A stretch of 64,000 bases of DNA from an uncultured delta proteobacterium. Its GTDB lineage: Bacteria; Desulfobacterota; Binatia; UBA9968. The notes under the pieces were generated by a model, which had not been told where the DNA came from, did not search any database, and worked only from the letters and a program-made list of their open reading frames with translations. The DNA is taken from contig CAWDPO010000041.1 in the NCBI GenBank assembly GCA_963804165.1, forward strand, positions 96,001 through 160,000, read 5' to 3'. Shown here piece by piece: positions 30,940 through 40,189 of the stretch (position 1 is the first letter of the stretch; each line of letters opens with the position of its first letter). The translations under genes and the position numbers were made by a program.

Positions 30940-31345
30940 CGGATAGTACGGGGTCGAAAGAGCCGGTGCAGCGCGCGCCTGTCGCCAACTCTTTCAGAAT
31001 TAAAGTCGGAGGGTGTTAATGCAGGGAGAAGATAGTCCACCGGGCCAATCATGCCCGCAGTCGGCGGGCGCCAGCAGTTCGAGCAAGCTACCTGTCAGGC
31101 ATCGAGCTGTGTGAATCAAGCCCTCAAATTCTACGCCAAATGGCGTGAACCCGAAACGGGGTAAATCAGAAGGTTGGGCTTCCTCAGAGCAGACTCGTTA
31201 CCAAACTGACGGCAAGTGGAATCGAACGGAGCGCTGAGCGAGTCGTCGGTGTGCGGGCCGTAAGCCGCAAAATTAAATAAAGAATAATGACGCGATGGCG
31301 TCAATAAAACGGGCAGTCGTCCTAGGCGTGCTGCCCGTTTTGTTT
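30940..31345 (+). ncRNA. Candidate large structured ncRNA of unknown family (about 400 nt)
   Basis: More than 8 helices, several with G-U pairs on +; promoter-like region upstream; strong terminator; no downstream gene on +. Confidence 0.65.
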
Positions 31346-31348
31346 TAT
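31306..31348 (+). terminator. Intrinsic terminator, probably bidirectional
   Basis: AAAACGGGCAG/CTGCCCGTTTT followed by GTTTTATT. Confidence 0.85.
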
Positions 31349-31446
31349 TAACGGTTTACTTCCGCCGGAGCGGCTGGAACTTGCTCGGTTGCAAGGCGTG
31401 AGCGGACAGCGCCTTATTGACGCGCGTTATGGCAGAACGCCTGGAT

Positions 31447-32157
31447 TCAGCCGCGCAGCAATTTACCGTAGCCCTCGATCGGAGCTTTTGTGCCGAGGGC
31501 ATGCATCGCCCACCACAGAGACGCGGCGGTGCTTGATACCACGGGTTTTTGCGTGTCGTCTTCGAGCTCCTGCACGTAAGCGACCGAGCGCCAGCGACCC
31601 TGAATTAAAATACTCTCAACGTCAGGATGCCGGCGAAATAGCTCGCGCGCGACCTTATAAGACGCATAATCCGGCAGCTTAACCTGATCCACGGGTTTAG
31701 AAACTTCCAAGCCTTTGATCGCCAAAACTCTTACGCCGCCGTCCTCGTAGTATTTTTTTACCGCCTGGTTGATGGTTTCCTTATACGCAGTCGCGATGAC
31801 CGTGCTGCGGACGCGTAAATGCTTCAGCGCTTCGACTGTGGCACTCATCGCGGTACTGACCGGTAGCCCGACTTGCCGCGATAGCTTGGCTACAACCTCC
31901 TGCTCAGCGGCGTAACCGCGCTGGGTGCCCAACGTAATCCCGCCCATGAGAATCGCGTCGCACTCTTCGGCGGCGAAGATACCCAAGCCGGCTCCCAAAG
32001 CGTCGATCGCCTTGTTGAACTCGGCTTCCGTGTGCGCTTGAACGTTGAGCCCGGAGGCGACGATGGTAAAGCCTTTGGGCAAAATGAGATCCCAATCCGA
32101 CGGCGTTTCAAAAACCGAGGGGGATAAGTAACCGATCCGCGCTTTCCAGCCTGACAA
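31447..32157 (-). CDS. Maleate isomerase/arylmalonate decarboxylase (Asp/Glu racemase fold), lacking catalytic Cys
   Basis: WKARIGYLSPS, LEDDTQKPVVSS, IEGYGKLL. Confidence 0.82.
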   Translation of the reverse strand: MSGWKARIGYLSPSVFETPSDWDLILPKGFTIVASGLNVQAHTEAEFNKAIDALGAGLGIFAAEECDAILMGGITLGTQRGYAAEQEVVAKLSRQVGLPVSTAMSATVEALKHLRVRSTVIATAYKETINQAVKKYYEDGGVRVLAIKGLEVSKPVDQVKLPDYASYKVARELFRRHPDVESILIQGRWRSVAYVQELEDDTQKPVVSSTAASLWWAMHALGTKAPIEGYGKLLRG

Positions 32158-32583
32158 ATTATTTTCCTCCCGATAAATTAGTGATGCACAGATCTACCAC
32201 CGGTTCGTTTCACGCGTCGTCTGCCGAAGCATGAAGCCAGGAGACCTGGTAGCGGTCGCCACGAAACGAAAATGAGCCCAGATCGAAATGGAATAACATC
32301 GAACCCAGCTATTTAATCCGTACGTTCTTTGGGTCTTCGTATTATCTCAATACTCAGACTATGAAAAGTCCTGGTCCATGAACCGGCCGTTTGGGTCTGG
32401 TTCCAGATGATCGAGGCAAAGCTTGATTTCGTGCAACGCGCGGCTAAACTGACGAATTCCTGTTTAAAATAATTTCTGGAACTGCAGGAACATGCTATGG
32501 TGTGCGTCCAATACTTAGGAGGATGGAGTAATAGTTGGGGTATCTCATATTCAATCCATCACTTAGATATAGTGCATAAGTCT

Positions 32584-33735
32584 ATGAAAATTAACCATTC
32601 CTTGAGAAGCGGATCCCTCGCGATATTTCTTGTCGGCGTCATGATTGCTTCCTCGGTGCTCGCGACCGGACACGCCATTGCCGGCGATGGTCTAGAGTTC
32701 AACCGGCGCGCTACCGCGACCGCACAAATCCTGGCGGGTATTTCGCCGAATCCGCCGGACCCGGCGTTGAAGCGCCTCGTGGACACAGATGCTTTCAAAG
32801 AGCACCAGCAATGGATGACCAGTCGCTGGAATCAAGTGTCTCATCGCATCCAAACCATGGACGCGTGGCGGAGCCAAGAGATCAAACTTCTGGGAGCGCA
32901 GAAAAAGACCCTGCTTTATCCGTTCAGCGGTCCGGATTTTCTCAACGCTTATACTTTCTTTCCAGATCACGCGCGCTACGTATTTTTTAGTCTCGAACGA
33001 CCGGGAACGCTGCCGGATTTGGAGTCGGTGACGCTCGTGCAGTTCGCCAAGATGCTGCAAGACGTGCGCAGCGCGTTTCACGATATCTTCGAGCGCAATT
33101 ATTTCATCACTTCGTACATGACCAAACAGCTGACGACGCCGTGGATTCGTGGCACGGTGCCAGTGATGGCAACGATGATGGCGTTGATGAATCGGCGCAT
33201 TATCAGGATCGAGCCGCTCGATCTGTTTCCCGAGCTCACGCGCGCCTATGATGTGCCGGACACAAAACGACCGCCGGTAATGGTGCGCGCCGTGCGCGTG
33301 GAGTTCGCCAACCCGAACGCCGCGAGCACGCAGTACCTGTACTATGTCTCGCTGGATGCGACGGACAGGGCGCTTGATTACTATCCCGAATTCTTGAACT
33401 GGGTGGGGCAGTATAAGCCGGCTACGCTCCTACTCAAGTCGGCGTCCTATTTACTTCACGATAATCAATTTTCGAAAACTCGCACGATGCTCCTAGACTC
33501 GGCCGACGTGGTCGTGCAGGACGACACGGGAATCCCTTACCGCTACATCAGCCAAGAGCCCTGGCAGGTCAAATTATACGGGCGCTATCACAAACCAGTC
33601 AGACCGATGAAATATGGTTACCAAAAGGATCTCGAGGCGGCCTATATTTCTCGACCGGAGCAAGCGCCGTTGCCGTTTCCCTTCGGATATCATTGGCGCG
33701 GACAGCAGTCCGGTCTAATCGTCGCGCACCGCTAG
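32584..33735 (+). CDS. Exported hypothetical protein
   Basis: Signal peptide; motif-like blocks YPFSGPD, KSASYLLH, QDDTGIP, FPFGY. Confidence 0.75.
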   Translation: MKINHSLRSGSLAIFLVGVMIASSVLATGHAIAGDGLEFNRRATATAQILAGISPNPPDPALKRLVDTDAFKEHQQWMTSRWNQVSHRIQTMDAWRSQEIKLLGAQKKTLLYPFSGPDFLNAYTFFPDHARYVFFSLERPGTLPDLESVTLVQFAKMLQDVRSAFHDIFERNYFITSYMTKQLTTPWIRGTVPVMATMMALMNRRIIRIEPLDLFPELTRAYDVPDTKRPPVMVRAVRVEFANPNAASTQYLYYVSLDATDRALDYYPEFLNWVGQYKPATLLLKSASYLLHDNQFSKTRTMLLDSADVVVQDDTGIPYRYISQEPWQVKLYGRYHKPVRPMKYGYQKDLEAAYISRPEQAPLPFPFGYHWRGQQSGLIVAHR

Positions 33736-33749
33736 CGAGGCGGTTCCGT

Positions 33750-34601
33750 GTGCAGCAATTTTTCTTCGGTGCAGCGTTGTTGATCATGGCAACCCATTGC
33801 GGCGCCGCAGAAATTACCCGCCGATCCTTTCAAACCAGCGACGCGGTCACCTTGTCTTTCCTGGAAGCAGGGTCTGAGTTTGCCGGCGATAAAAATCCAA
33901 CCATCGCGTTGGTTCCGGGTTGGTTAATGCCGGCCGTGATTTGGCAAGAGCAACTGGAATCCTTTGGCCGACGCTACCACACTCTCGCGTTCGACCCGCG
34001 TGGACAGGGGGAGTCTCAGGTTCCTTCAATCGGTTATACCGCTGAACGGCGCGCCACCGATCTTCACGAGTTTTTGGCGCCGCGATCTAGAGTATTGCTG
34101 ATCGGCTGGTCTCTGGGTGCTATCGAAGCGCTACAATATGTCCATATGTTTGGGGCATCCCGGCTGACTGGCTTGGTGCTCGTCGATAGTTCCGTTGGCG
34201 AAGAGCCGGCGCCGAAGCCCGGTGGAAATTTTAAGCAACGATTACGCGAAAACCGCGATAAGGCTTTGGTTGAGTTTGTGCGTGCTATTTTCGCCAAACC
34301 ACCCGGCCAAGAAGCATTGGCCCAGCTGGTCACCGGCGCTAAACGAATGACTCTGGAAGATAGTATGGCGTTGTTGGATTATCCCTTCGAGCGCAGTCAC
34401 TGGAGAGCCATCGCCCGGGCTTTTGATAAACCGTTGCTTTATATCGTCACGCCGCAGTTCGAGCCGCAGGCGATAAATCTCAAAAAGAACCGGCCGCAGA
34501 CTCAAATCGAAGTATTCAAGAAAGCCGGGCATGCGCTTTTTGTCGACGAGCCGCAAAGGTTCGACGCCTTGATAGAAAAATTCATGACCCGTCTTCGCTG
34601 A
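33750..34601 (+). CDS. Alpha/beta hydrolase (non-heme haloperoxidase-like)
   Basis: DPRGQGES, GWSLG, AGHALFVDEP. Confidence 0.88.
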   Translation: MQQFFFGAALLIMATHCGAAEITRRSFQTSDAVTLSFLEAGSEFAGDKNPTIALVPGWLMPAVIWQEQLESFGRRYHTLAFDPRGQGESQVPSIGYTAERRATDLHEFLAPRSRVLLIGWSLGAIEALQYVHMFGASRLTGLVLVDSSVGEEPAPKPGGNFKQRLRENRDKALVEFVRAIFAKPPGQEALAQLVTGAKRMTLEDSMALLDYPFERSHWRAIARAFDKPLLYIVTPQFEPQAINLKKNRPQTQIEVFKKAGHALFVDEPQRFDALIEKFMTRLR

Positions 34602-34657
34602 TTCGGAAACAGGGCGCGAGCAGGGAATTCTCCACCCCAGAGAGACTGGGCTGCCAT

Positions 34658-34739
34658 GTCATCCTGAGCGCGATAGCCGAAGGATCTCGTGCTCGAAAAT
34701 GAGTGAAAATGCGAGATGCTTCGCTGCGCTCAGCATGAC
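34658..34739. repeat. Palindromic repeat GTCATCCTGAGCG...CGCTCAGCATGAC
   Basis: Arms GTCATCCTGAGCGC..CGAAGGATCTCG / CGAGATGCTTCG..GCGCTCAGCATGAC; half copy at 15091. Confidence 0.8.
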
Positions 34740-34839
34740 CCTCACGGTATTTTTTCTGATTGCGAGACAATCTCAGCGGGGAACTAAAGTGGCGTTTGTT
34801 CTGACGGACTTACCGCGTTACTTCTGGTCTTCAACACGC

Positions 34840-35899
34840 TTAGCGCAATTTCTTACGGGCTTCGGGCAGAAAACCGCTGTCTTCCAGATTGCGCACAAAG
34901 GTTGGGTTAAGGAGGTTGTTCAGATCGACTTGTGCCACCTTAGGGTTTATTTTTGCCACGATTTTCTGAACAAGTTTCCACGCGGCGGGATCGGGCATGA
35001 GCTCGACCGTCGCCATTGCCGTGAGCACCTTGTACGAAGCTTCGGCGTCCTCCGCGCTCGGAAAGCGGAAAGCTTTCCGCAAAATTTCCACAATATTGGT
35101 CTTAGCCTTTGGATCGTGGATCATTACAACGGCGTCGACCAGTCCTTTGAGCAGTCGCAAGACTTGATCGGGTGAGCCTGAGGCGGAATCCCTGAGAAAA
35201 CTAATCGTCGTGCCTTGATAGGGAACATTGATTTTGCCGATGTCGGCGAGCACATTGGCTCCCGCCCGTTTCGCCGCCTCGCTGAAACTATATGGAATCA
35301 CGGTGGCGTCCACGCCACCGGAGCCGAGCGCTTGCGTGACCGTCGCGGTGTCGCCAAGGATGCGCATTTTAAGATCGTATTTTTCCGGATCGATGCCGAG
35401 TTGGTCCAGGGCGATCATCGTTTGGAGCCAAAAGCCGCCGCCGATGCTTTGCACGCCGAAGGTTTTACCGCGCAGATCTTCAAGAGAGCGTATTTCTTTA
35501 CGTGCGATGAGCTCGCGGGGAATTCTATGCACCGGAGAAGCGACGCATTGGATGCTCATGCCGCCTGCAGTAGCGCTCAGAGCATTGGCCGGCGAGCCGT
35601 AGTTGTATTGCACCTGACCGGTCGCAAGCGTTGCCATGCTCAGCGAGCCATTTCGTAACTGGACCATACGCACGTCAAGCCCGTATTTTTTGAAGGTGCC
35701 TCTCTCGATGCCCACCCACATCGGCCCTACCGTTTCGTTTTGACCCGCGTAGGCGACGAGAATGGGAGAAGAGCTTTGGGCGGATGCCACAGAAAGCGCC
35801 ACCGCAATGACCGCCGCAAGGCTCAGCAGCAGCGTAAAAATATTTTTGCGGACGGGACGTTTCGGTTCGATGCCGGCTTAGGCAAGTTAAATGCTTCAT
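34840..35899 (-). CDS. NMT1/THI5/SsuA-like substrate-binding protein (frameshift in the N-terminus)
   Basis: FKKYGLDV, IRSLEDLRGKTFGV, FVRNLEDSGF. Confidence 0.85.
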
Positions 35900-35925
35900 G
35901 CGCTCCTTTGACGGTTACTGCCGAT

Positions 35926-36972
35926 TCACTGCCATAACCGTTTGAAGAAACCGGTTTTCTCCAGCTCATCTACATAACGATTGTCGTAATAGGCGGTTAG
36001 CGGTGTCTTTTGCGCCGCTGCCGCATCGATCAGCTTCAAAGCGACAAGCTGCTCGGCCAGATCCTTGAATACTTCCGGCGGCACGCGCGGGTCCTTGGCG
36101 AAGGCGTCGATGCCCGCCTGATAGCTCTCATCGAGCATGTTTTGCCGAGTCACTTTGGTGTATTTGCCGAGAATCTTAACGGCAAAAGCTTTGTCGTCGC
36201 GGATTTTTTTTAAGCCGTCGTAGACGGCTTCGATAAATCGTTTGACGATGTCCGGGTTCTTTTCGGCATAGGTGCGCCGCGCTACGACTCCCTGTTCGAT
36301 GAAACGGATGTTCATGTCGCGAATCTGTTTGATGCTGACCAGCTCGCGAAAGCCCTTTTCGCGCAGCACCACGCTTTGCGGCGCCGGGATCATCGCGCCG
36401 GCGATGGCGTTGGTGCTGAGCGCGGTCATTGATTCCGGATAGCCGCCGGTTTGTACGATGGCTGCGTCGGTGATGTTGGAGCGGTCCAAGATCGCCTTTG
36501 CCGTGAAATGCGACACAGAGCCGAAGCGCGTGACGCCGACTCTCTTGCCGGACAATTGCGATACCTGAGTAATCGCTGGCTGGACGTACAACGGCACGCT
36601 GAACGATTTTACCAGCGCGGCGACTTGAATGACGTCGCCGCCTTTAAGCACGTTGGAGATCACCGCCGGACCGGCCATGCCGGCGAGATCCGCTTCGCCC
36701 GCAAGCATGGATTGCACGATCAAAGATGAGGCGCCGGCGAACACTGGATCGACTTCAAGCCCGTGCTTTTCAAAGAGCTTTGCTTCATAGGCGACCAGAA
36801 AGGGAAGACTGTGATACGAGATCGGCGAGTAAGGAAATTTAATTTTGTCGAGAGCCATTGCGGGGTCGATGCTGGAGAAAATCGCTAGTACGAGCGCCAG
36901 AAACGCTGGAGTACAACATGGGCGTCGTGGCATTTCTGCTCTCCTTGGATAGGCAGCCGCGATGAGCATCAC
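35926..36972 (-). CDS. NMT1/THI5/SsuA-like substrate-binding protein
   Basis: LFEKHGLEV, LSGKRVGVTRFGS, YVDELEKTGF. Confidence 0.88.
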   Translation of the reverse strand: MMLIAAAYPRRAEMPRRPCCTPAFLALVLAIFSSIDPAMALDKIKFPYSPISYHSLPFLVAYEAKLFEKHGLEVDPVFAGASSLIVQSMLAGEADLAGMAGPAVISNVLKGGDVIQVAALVKSFSVPLYVQPAITQVSQLSGKRVGVTRFGSVSHFTAKAILDRSNITDAAIVQTGGYPESMTALSTNAIAGAMIPAPQSVVLREKGFRELVSIKQIRDMNIRFIEQGVVARRTYAEKNPDIVKRFIEAVYDGLKKIRDDKAFAVKILGKYTKVTRQNMLDESYQAGIDAFAKDPRVPPEVFKDLAEQLVALKLIDAAAAQKTPLTAYYDNRYVDELEKTGFFKRLWQ

Positions 36973-36990
36973 GGGTAATGGAGTGATGAC

Positions 36991-38019
36991 CTAGATTTTA
37001 TAGAAGCGCCGCGCATTTTCTCCGAGTATCGCTTCCTTGTGTGCATCCTTGAGGTCAGGGCGTTCGACGATTTCGTTGATCTCTTCCATACAGTTGTCGA
37101 GAGAAATCTCGTGCGGGAAGTCCGAGGCGAACATGAACGGCTCGGGCCCGACGCGCTCGATGGCATAAGCGAGGGACTTTTCGTTGCCTTCGCAGCTGAC
37201 GAACATTTTACCGCTTTTAAAATAGTCTTCGGGTTTGCGCTTGATGCGCAGGCCGCCGTATTCCAGCTCTCTTTCCAAGCGGTCGATCACCATGGGAATC
37301 CAGCTCGTGCCTCCTTCCAAGAAGCCGACGCGGAGATTTGGGAACTCATCGAATACGCCATCGACGATCATGCCGGTGGCGGCGATGGCGAGGGGCACCG
37401 GCATGCCGAGCGCGCGCGTGGCGGGGAAGACGGTGTATGTGTTGAAGCCGAGATCGCCGTAGCAGCCGCCATGGACCGCGAGGGCGCAGTCGAGCTGAGC
37501 GGCTTCTTCATAGATCGGCCAAAAATGTTTTGCACTCAAGTGCGGACTGAGACCGTTCGATGGCAGCATGGCGCCGACCATGCCCAAGTCTTTGACGGCG
37601 CGGCGCAACTCCGTTACCGCCGCCGGAACATCCTGGAGTGGAATCAACGCGATGCCCTTCAGGCGTGGACTGAATTTGAGATACTTCGCATGTAACCAGT
37701 CGTTGTAGGCTCTCGCGTACGCAACCGCCCAAGGAGGAAAAGCGACTTGACCGTAAGCCAATCCTTCGGTCGGATAGAGCACGCTCGATTCGAGCCCGGT
37801 CTTTTCGAGAAACTGCAGCCACTTTTCCGGACCGACGTTGGGATCAAATGTGCCGGGTTTGCGCTCTTCCAATCGCGGTGTATGAAATCGATCGAGACTC
37901 GGCAACATACGCCGAGGATTCATGTGACCAGTGGTTTTAAATGGCTCGCCGACGTAGCTGATCATTTCGTCGACCTTTTCCATCACATGACCGTCGCAAT
38001 CGACGTATTTGTTCGGCAT
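36991..38019 (-). CDS. Amidohydrolase_2 family, tandem paralog A
   Basis: VDCDGHVME, AVHGG, FASDFPHE. Confidence 0.9.
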   Translation of the reverse strand: MPNKYVDCDGHVMEKVDEMISYVGEPFKTTGHMNPRRMLPSLDRFHTPRLEERKPGTFDPNVGPEKWLQFLEKTGLESSVLYPTEGLAYGQVAFPPWAVAYARAYNDWLHAKYLKFSPRLKGIALIPLQDVPAAVTELRRAVKDLGMVGAMLPSNGLSPHLSAKHFWPIYEEAAQLDCALAVHGGCYGDLGFNTYTVFPATRALGMPVPLAIAATGMIVDGVFDEFPNLRVGFLEGGTSWIPMVIDRLERELEYGGLRIKRKPEDYFKSGKMFVSCEGNEKSLAYAIERVGPEPFMFASDFPHEISLDNCMEEINEIVERPDLKDAHKEAILGENARRFYKI

Positions 38020-38039
38020 TGATCCTCCGTTACGAAATG

Positions 38040-38063
38040 GGGCGACCGCCGGTCGCCCCTACG
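38040..38063. repeat. GTAG-type REP hairpin
   Basis: GGGCGACCGCCGGTCGCCCCTACG, identical to 17910-17933. Confidence 0.8.
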
Positions 38064-38100
38064 GGTTTAGTTCTCTATGCTCAGTGCGGTTTTAAATCTC

Positions 38101-39129
38101 TCATATCTTATAAAACTGCCGCGCGTTGTCGCCCAAGATCGCCGCTTTATGCTCCTGCTTCAAATCAGCGCGCTCGATGATCTCGTTGATCTCCTCCATG
38201 CAGTTGCCAAGGGATATCTCGTGAGGAAAGTCCGAGGCGAACATGAATGGCGCCGGGCCGACCCGTTCGATGGCGTAGGCGAGGGCTTTTTCATTGCCTT
38301 CGCAGCCGACGAAAATGCGCCCGCTTTTGAAATAGTCTTCGGGTTTCTGCTTCAAGTGGAGTCCGCCGTATTCAAGTTCTCGGTCGAGGCGATCGATGAC
38401 GATCGGGATCCACGCCGTACCACCTTCGAGAAAACCAATGCGCAATTTTGGAAATTGATCGAGCATGCCTTCGACGATCATGCCGGTGGCTGCGATGGCG
38501 AGCGGGAACGGCATGCCCAGCGCGCGCGTGGCAGAAAAGACGCCAAATGAGTTGAAGCCCAAATCGCCGTAGCAGCCGCCGTGCACGGCCAGCGCGCAAT
38601 CGAGTTTCTCCGCTTCTTCATAGATCGGCCAATATTCCTTCGCGCCGAGATGAAATCTCAATCCGTTGGAGGGCAGCATGGCGCCGAGCATGCCCAGTTC
38701 TTTCACTGCTCTGCGTAATTCCGCGACCGCGCTCGGCACGTCTTGCATCGGTATCAAAGCAACGCCTTTGAGCTTCGGACTGAATTTCAAATATTTTTCG
38801 TAAAGCCAATCGTTGTAACCACGGGCGTAAGCCACCGCCCAATCGACGAAAGAAACTTGACCGTAAGCTAAACCCTCGGTGGGGTAGAGCACGCTGTATT
38901 CGAGCCCGGTCTTGTCAAGAAACTCCATCCATCGCTCGGGTCCGATCGCCGGGTCAAAAGTCCCCGGCGTGCGACGCTGCAAGCGCGGCGTGTGAAAGCG
39001 ATCCAAGCTCGGTACCATGCGCCGCACGTGGATTTCACCTTCGATGCCATTTTGCCTTTCGATTAACTTCGCGATTTCATCGACTCTTTCCATCACGTGA
39101 CCGTCGCTATCGACGTAATGCGTCGCCAT
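38101..39129 (-). CDS. Amidohydrolase_2 family, tandem paralog B
   Basis: Same length (342 aa) and long identical blocks with paralog A. Confidence 0.9.
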   Translation of the reverse strand: MATHYVDSDGHVMERVDEIAKLIERQNGIEGEIHVRRMVPSLDRFHTPRLQRRTPGTFDPAIGPERWMEFLDKTGLEYSVLYPTEGLAYGQVSFVDWAVAYARGYNDWLYEKYLKFSPKLKGVALIPMQDVPSAVAELRRAVKELGMLGAMLPSNGLRFHLGAKEYWPIYEEAEKLDCALAVHGGCYGDLGFNSFGVFSATRALGMPFPLAIAATGMIVEGMLDQFPKLRIGFLEGGTAWIPIVIDRLDRELEYGGLHLKQKPEDYFKSGRIFVGCEGNEKALAYAIERVGPAPFMFASDFPHEISLGNCMEEINEIIERADLKQEHKAAILGDNARQFYKI

Positions 39130-39317
39130 TTTCGTTCCCGCCTTTCGATTGATCTGTGTCCTGCATAGTGAAGGTGTGGGCTACCTGTCAATAGATGAGT
39201 AGCGAGCGGACCATCTCAGTTGACGTGACGCTAGGCTGCTCGTTGCTTTGAACTATTACGAAACGCTTGTCACCGGGGCGGTTCCTGGTTTATTGCTAGG
39301 CGAAAGGAGACCGGGGC

Positions 39318-40130
39318 ATGCCTTATGTCAAAGCGAAAGACGGTGTCGACATCTACTACGAGGTCTCCGGCCACGGCACGCCGTTTTTGTTTTTGAGCGA
39401 GACCGCCTGCGACGGCGCGGTGTGGAATCTCTATCAAGCGCCGGAGTTTGCCCGCGACCATCGCGTGGTCATCCTCGATTATCGGGGCACGGGTTTATCC
39501 GGTAAACCGTCGATCAGCTATAGCACCGACGTGTTCGCTGATGATGCCGCCTCGGTTCTCGACCATCTTAGCCTCGAGGGTGCGGTCGTTTGCGGTCATT
39601 CGATGGGCGGCAGAGTTGCGCAGCTTCTTGCTCTCAATTATCCGCGCAAAGTTAGCAAATTGATCCTTGCGTCGAGCGGCGCGGCGCACCCAGGCGATCG
39701 CGGCATCCCACTGCGGATCGCCAAGGAAATGGTCGAGATGGGCTACGAAAGATACGTGCGTGAGCACACCATCGTCGTCGGCTGGACGGAGGTCTACGGC
39801 CGCAATCACATGAACCTGATCGAAAAATATCTCCAGGTGCGCATGGCCAATCTCTGCCCGGTGGAGTTTTACTTCCGCCATGTGCTGGCGCGCCAGGAGC
39901 ACGACACCAACGGTCGGCTGAAAGATATCAAAGTCCCGACCTTGATCTTCGTCGGCGACGACGATCATTTCGTCGTCAGCGACATGTCGCACCGCAGCGG
40001 CGCCGATATTCTCGCGAACGGTATTCCGAATTCGAAGCTGGTCGTTTTGCCCGGCGAGCGGCACAGCTATTTTTACACCGAGCCGGAGCAGGTTCACGAC
40101 ATGATTCGAGCGTTCCTCAAGGAAGGTTAA
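39318..40130 (+). CDS. Alpha/beta hydrolase
   Basis: DYRGTGLS, GHSMGG, VPTLIFVGDDD. Confidence 0.9.
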   Translation: MPYVKAKDGVDIYYEVSGHGTPFLFLSETACDGAVWNLYQAPEFARDHRVVILDYRGTGLSGKPSISYSTDVFADDAASVLDHLSLEGAVVCGHSMGGRVAQLLALNYPRKVSKLILASSGAAHPGDRGIPLRIAKEMVEMGYERYVREHTIVVGWTEVYGRNHMNLIEKYLQVRMANLCPVEFYFRHVLARQEHDTNGRLKDIKVPTLIFVGDDDHFVVSDMSHRSGADILANGIPNSKLVVLPGERHSYFYTEPEQVHDMIRAFLKEG

Positions 40131-40189
40131 GATAGCTTACGTTAGTAAATTTAGACGGCTCAAAAAATTGATCTTTTACGGAGGATGCC

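Noticed and set aside
31019-31114. 31-aa ORF MQGEDSPPGQSCPQ... with GGAGG upstream
   Set aside because: No recognisable features, and its SD and codons fall inside predicted helices; kept only as an alternative explanation
31025-31175. Group I intron or RNase P resemblance (AAGATAGTCC; TCAAATTC...AATCAGAAG)
   Set aside because: The S-like element precedes the P/Q-like elements, there is no AGAGACTA R element or host gene, and the GAGGAAAGTCC and CGGCTTA RNase P signatures are missing; a permuted form cannot be excluded without cmscan
32234-32250. AAGCCAGGAGACCTGG resembling the cobalamin riboswitch B12 box
   Set aside because: The upstream GGGAA, GGTG.AA.CC and ACTGT core elements are absent, and the better structure is on the opposite strand
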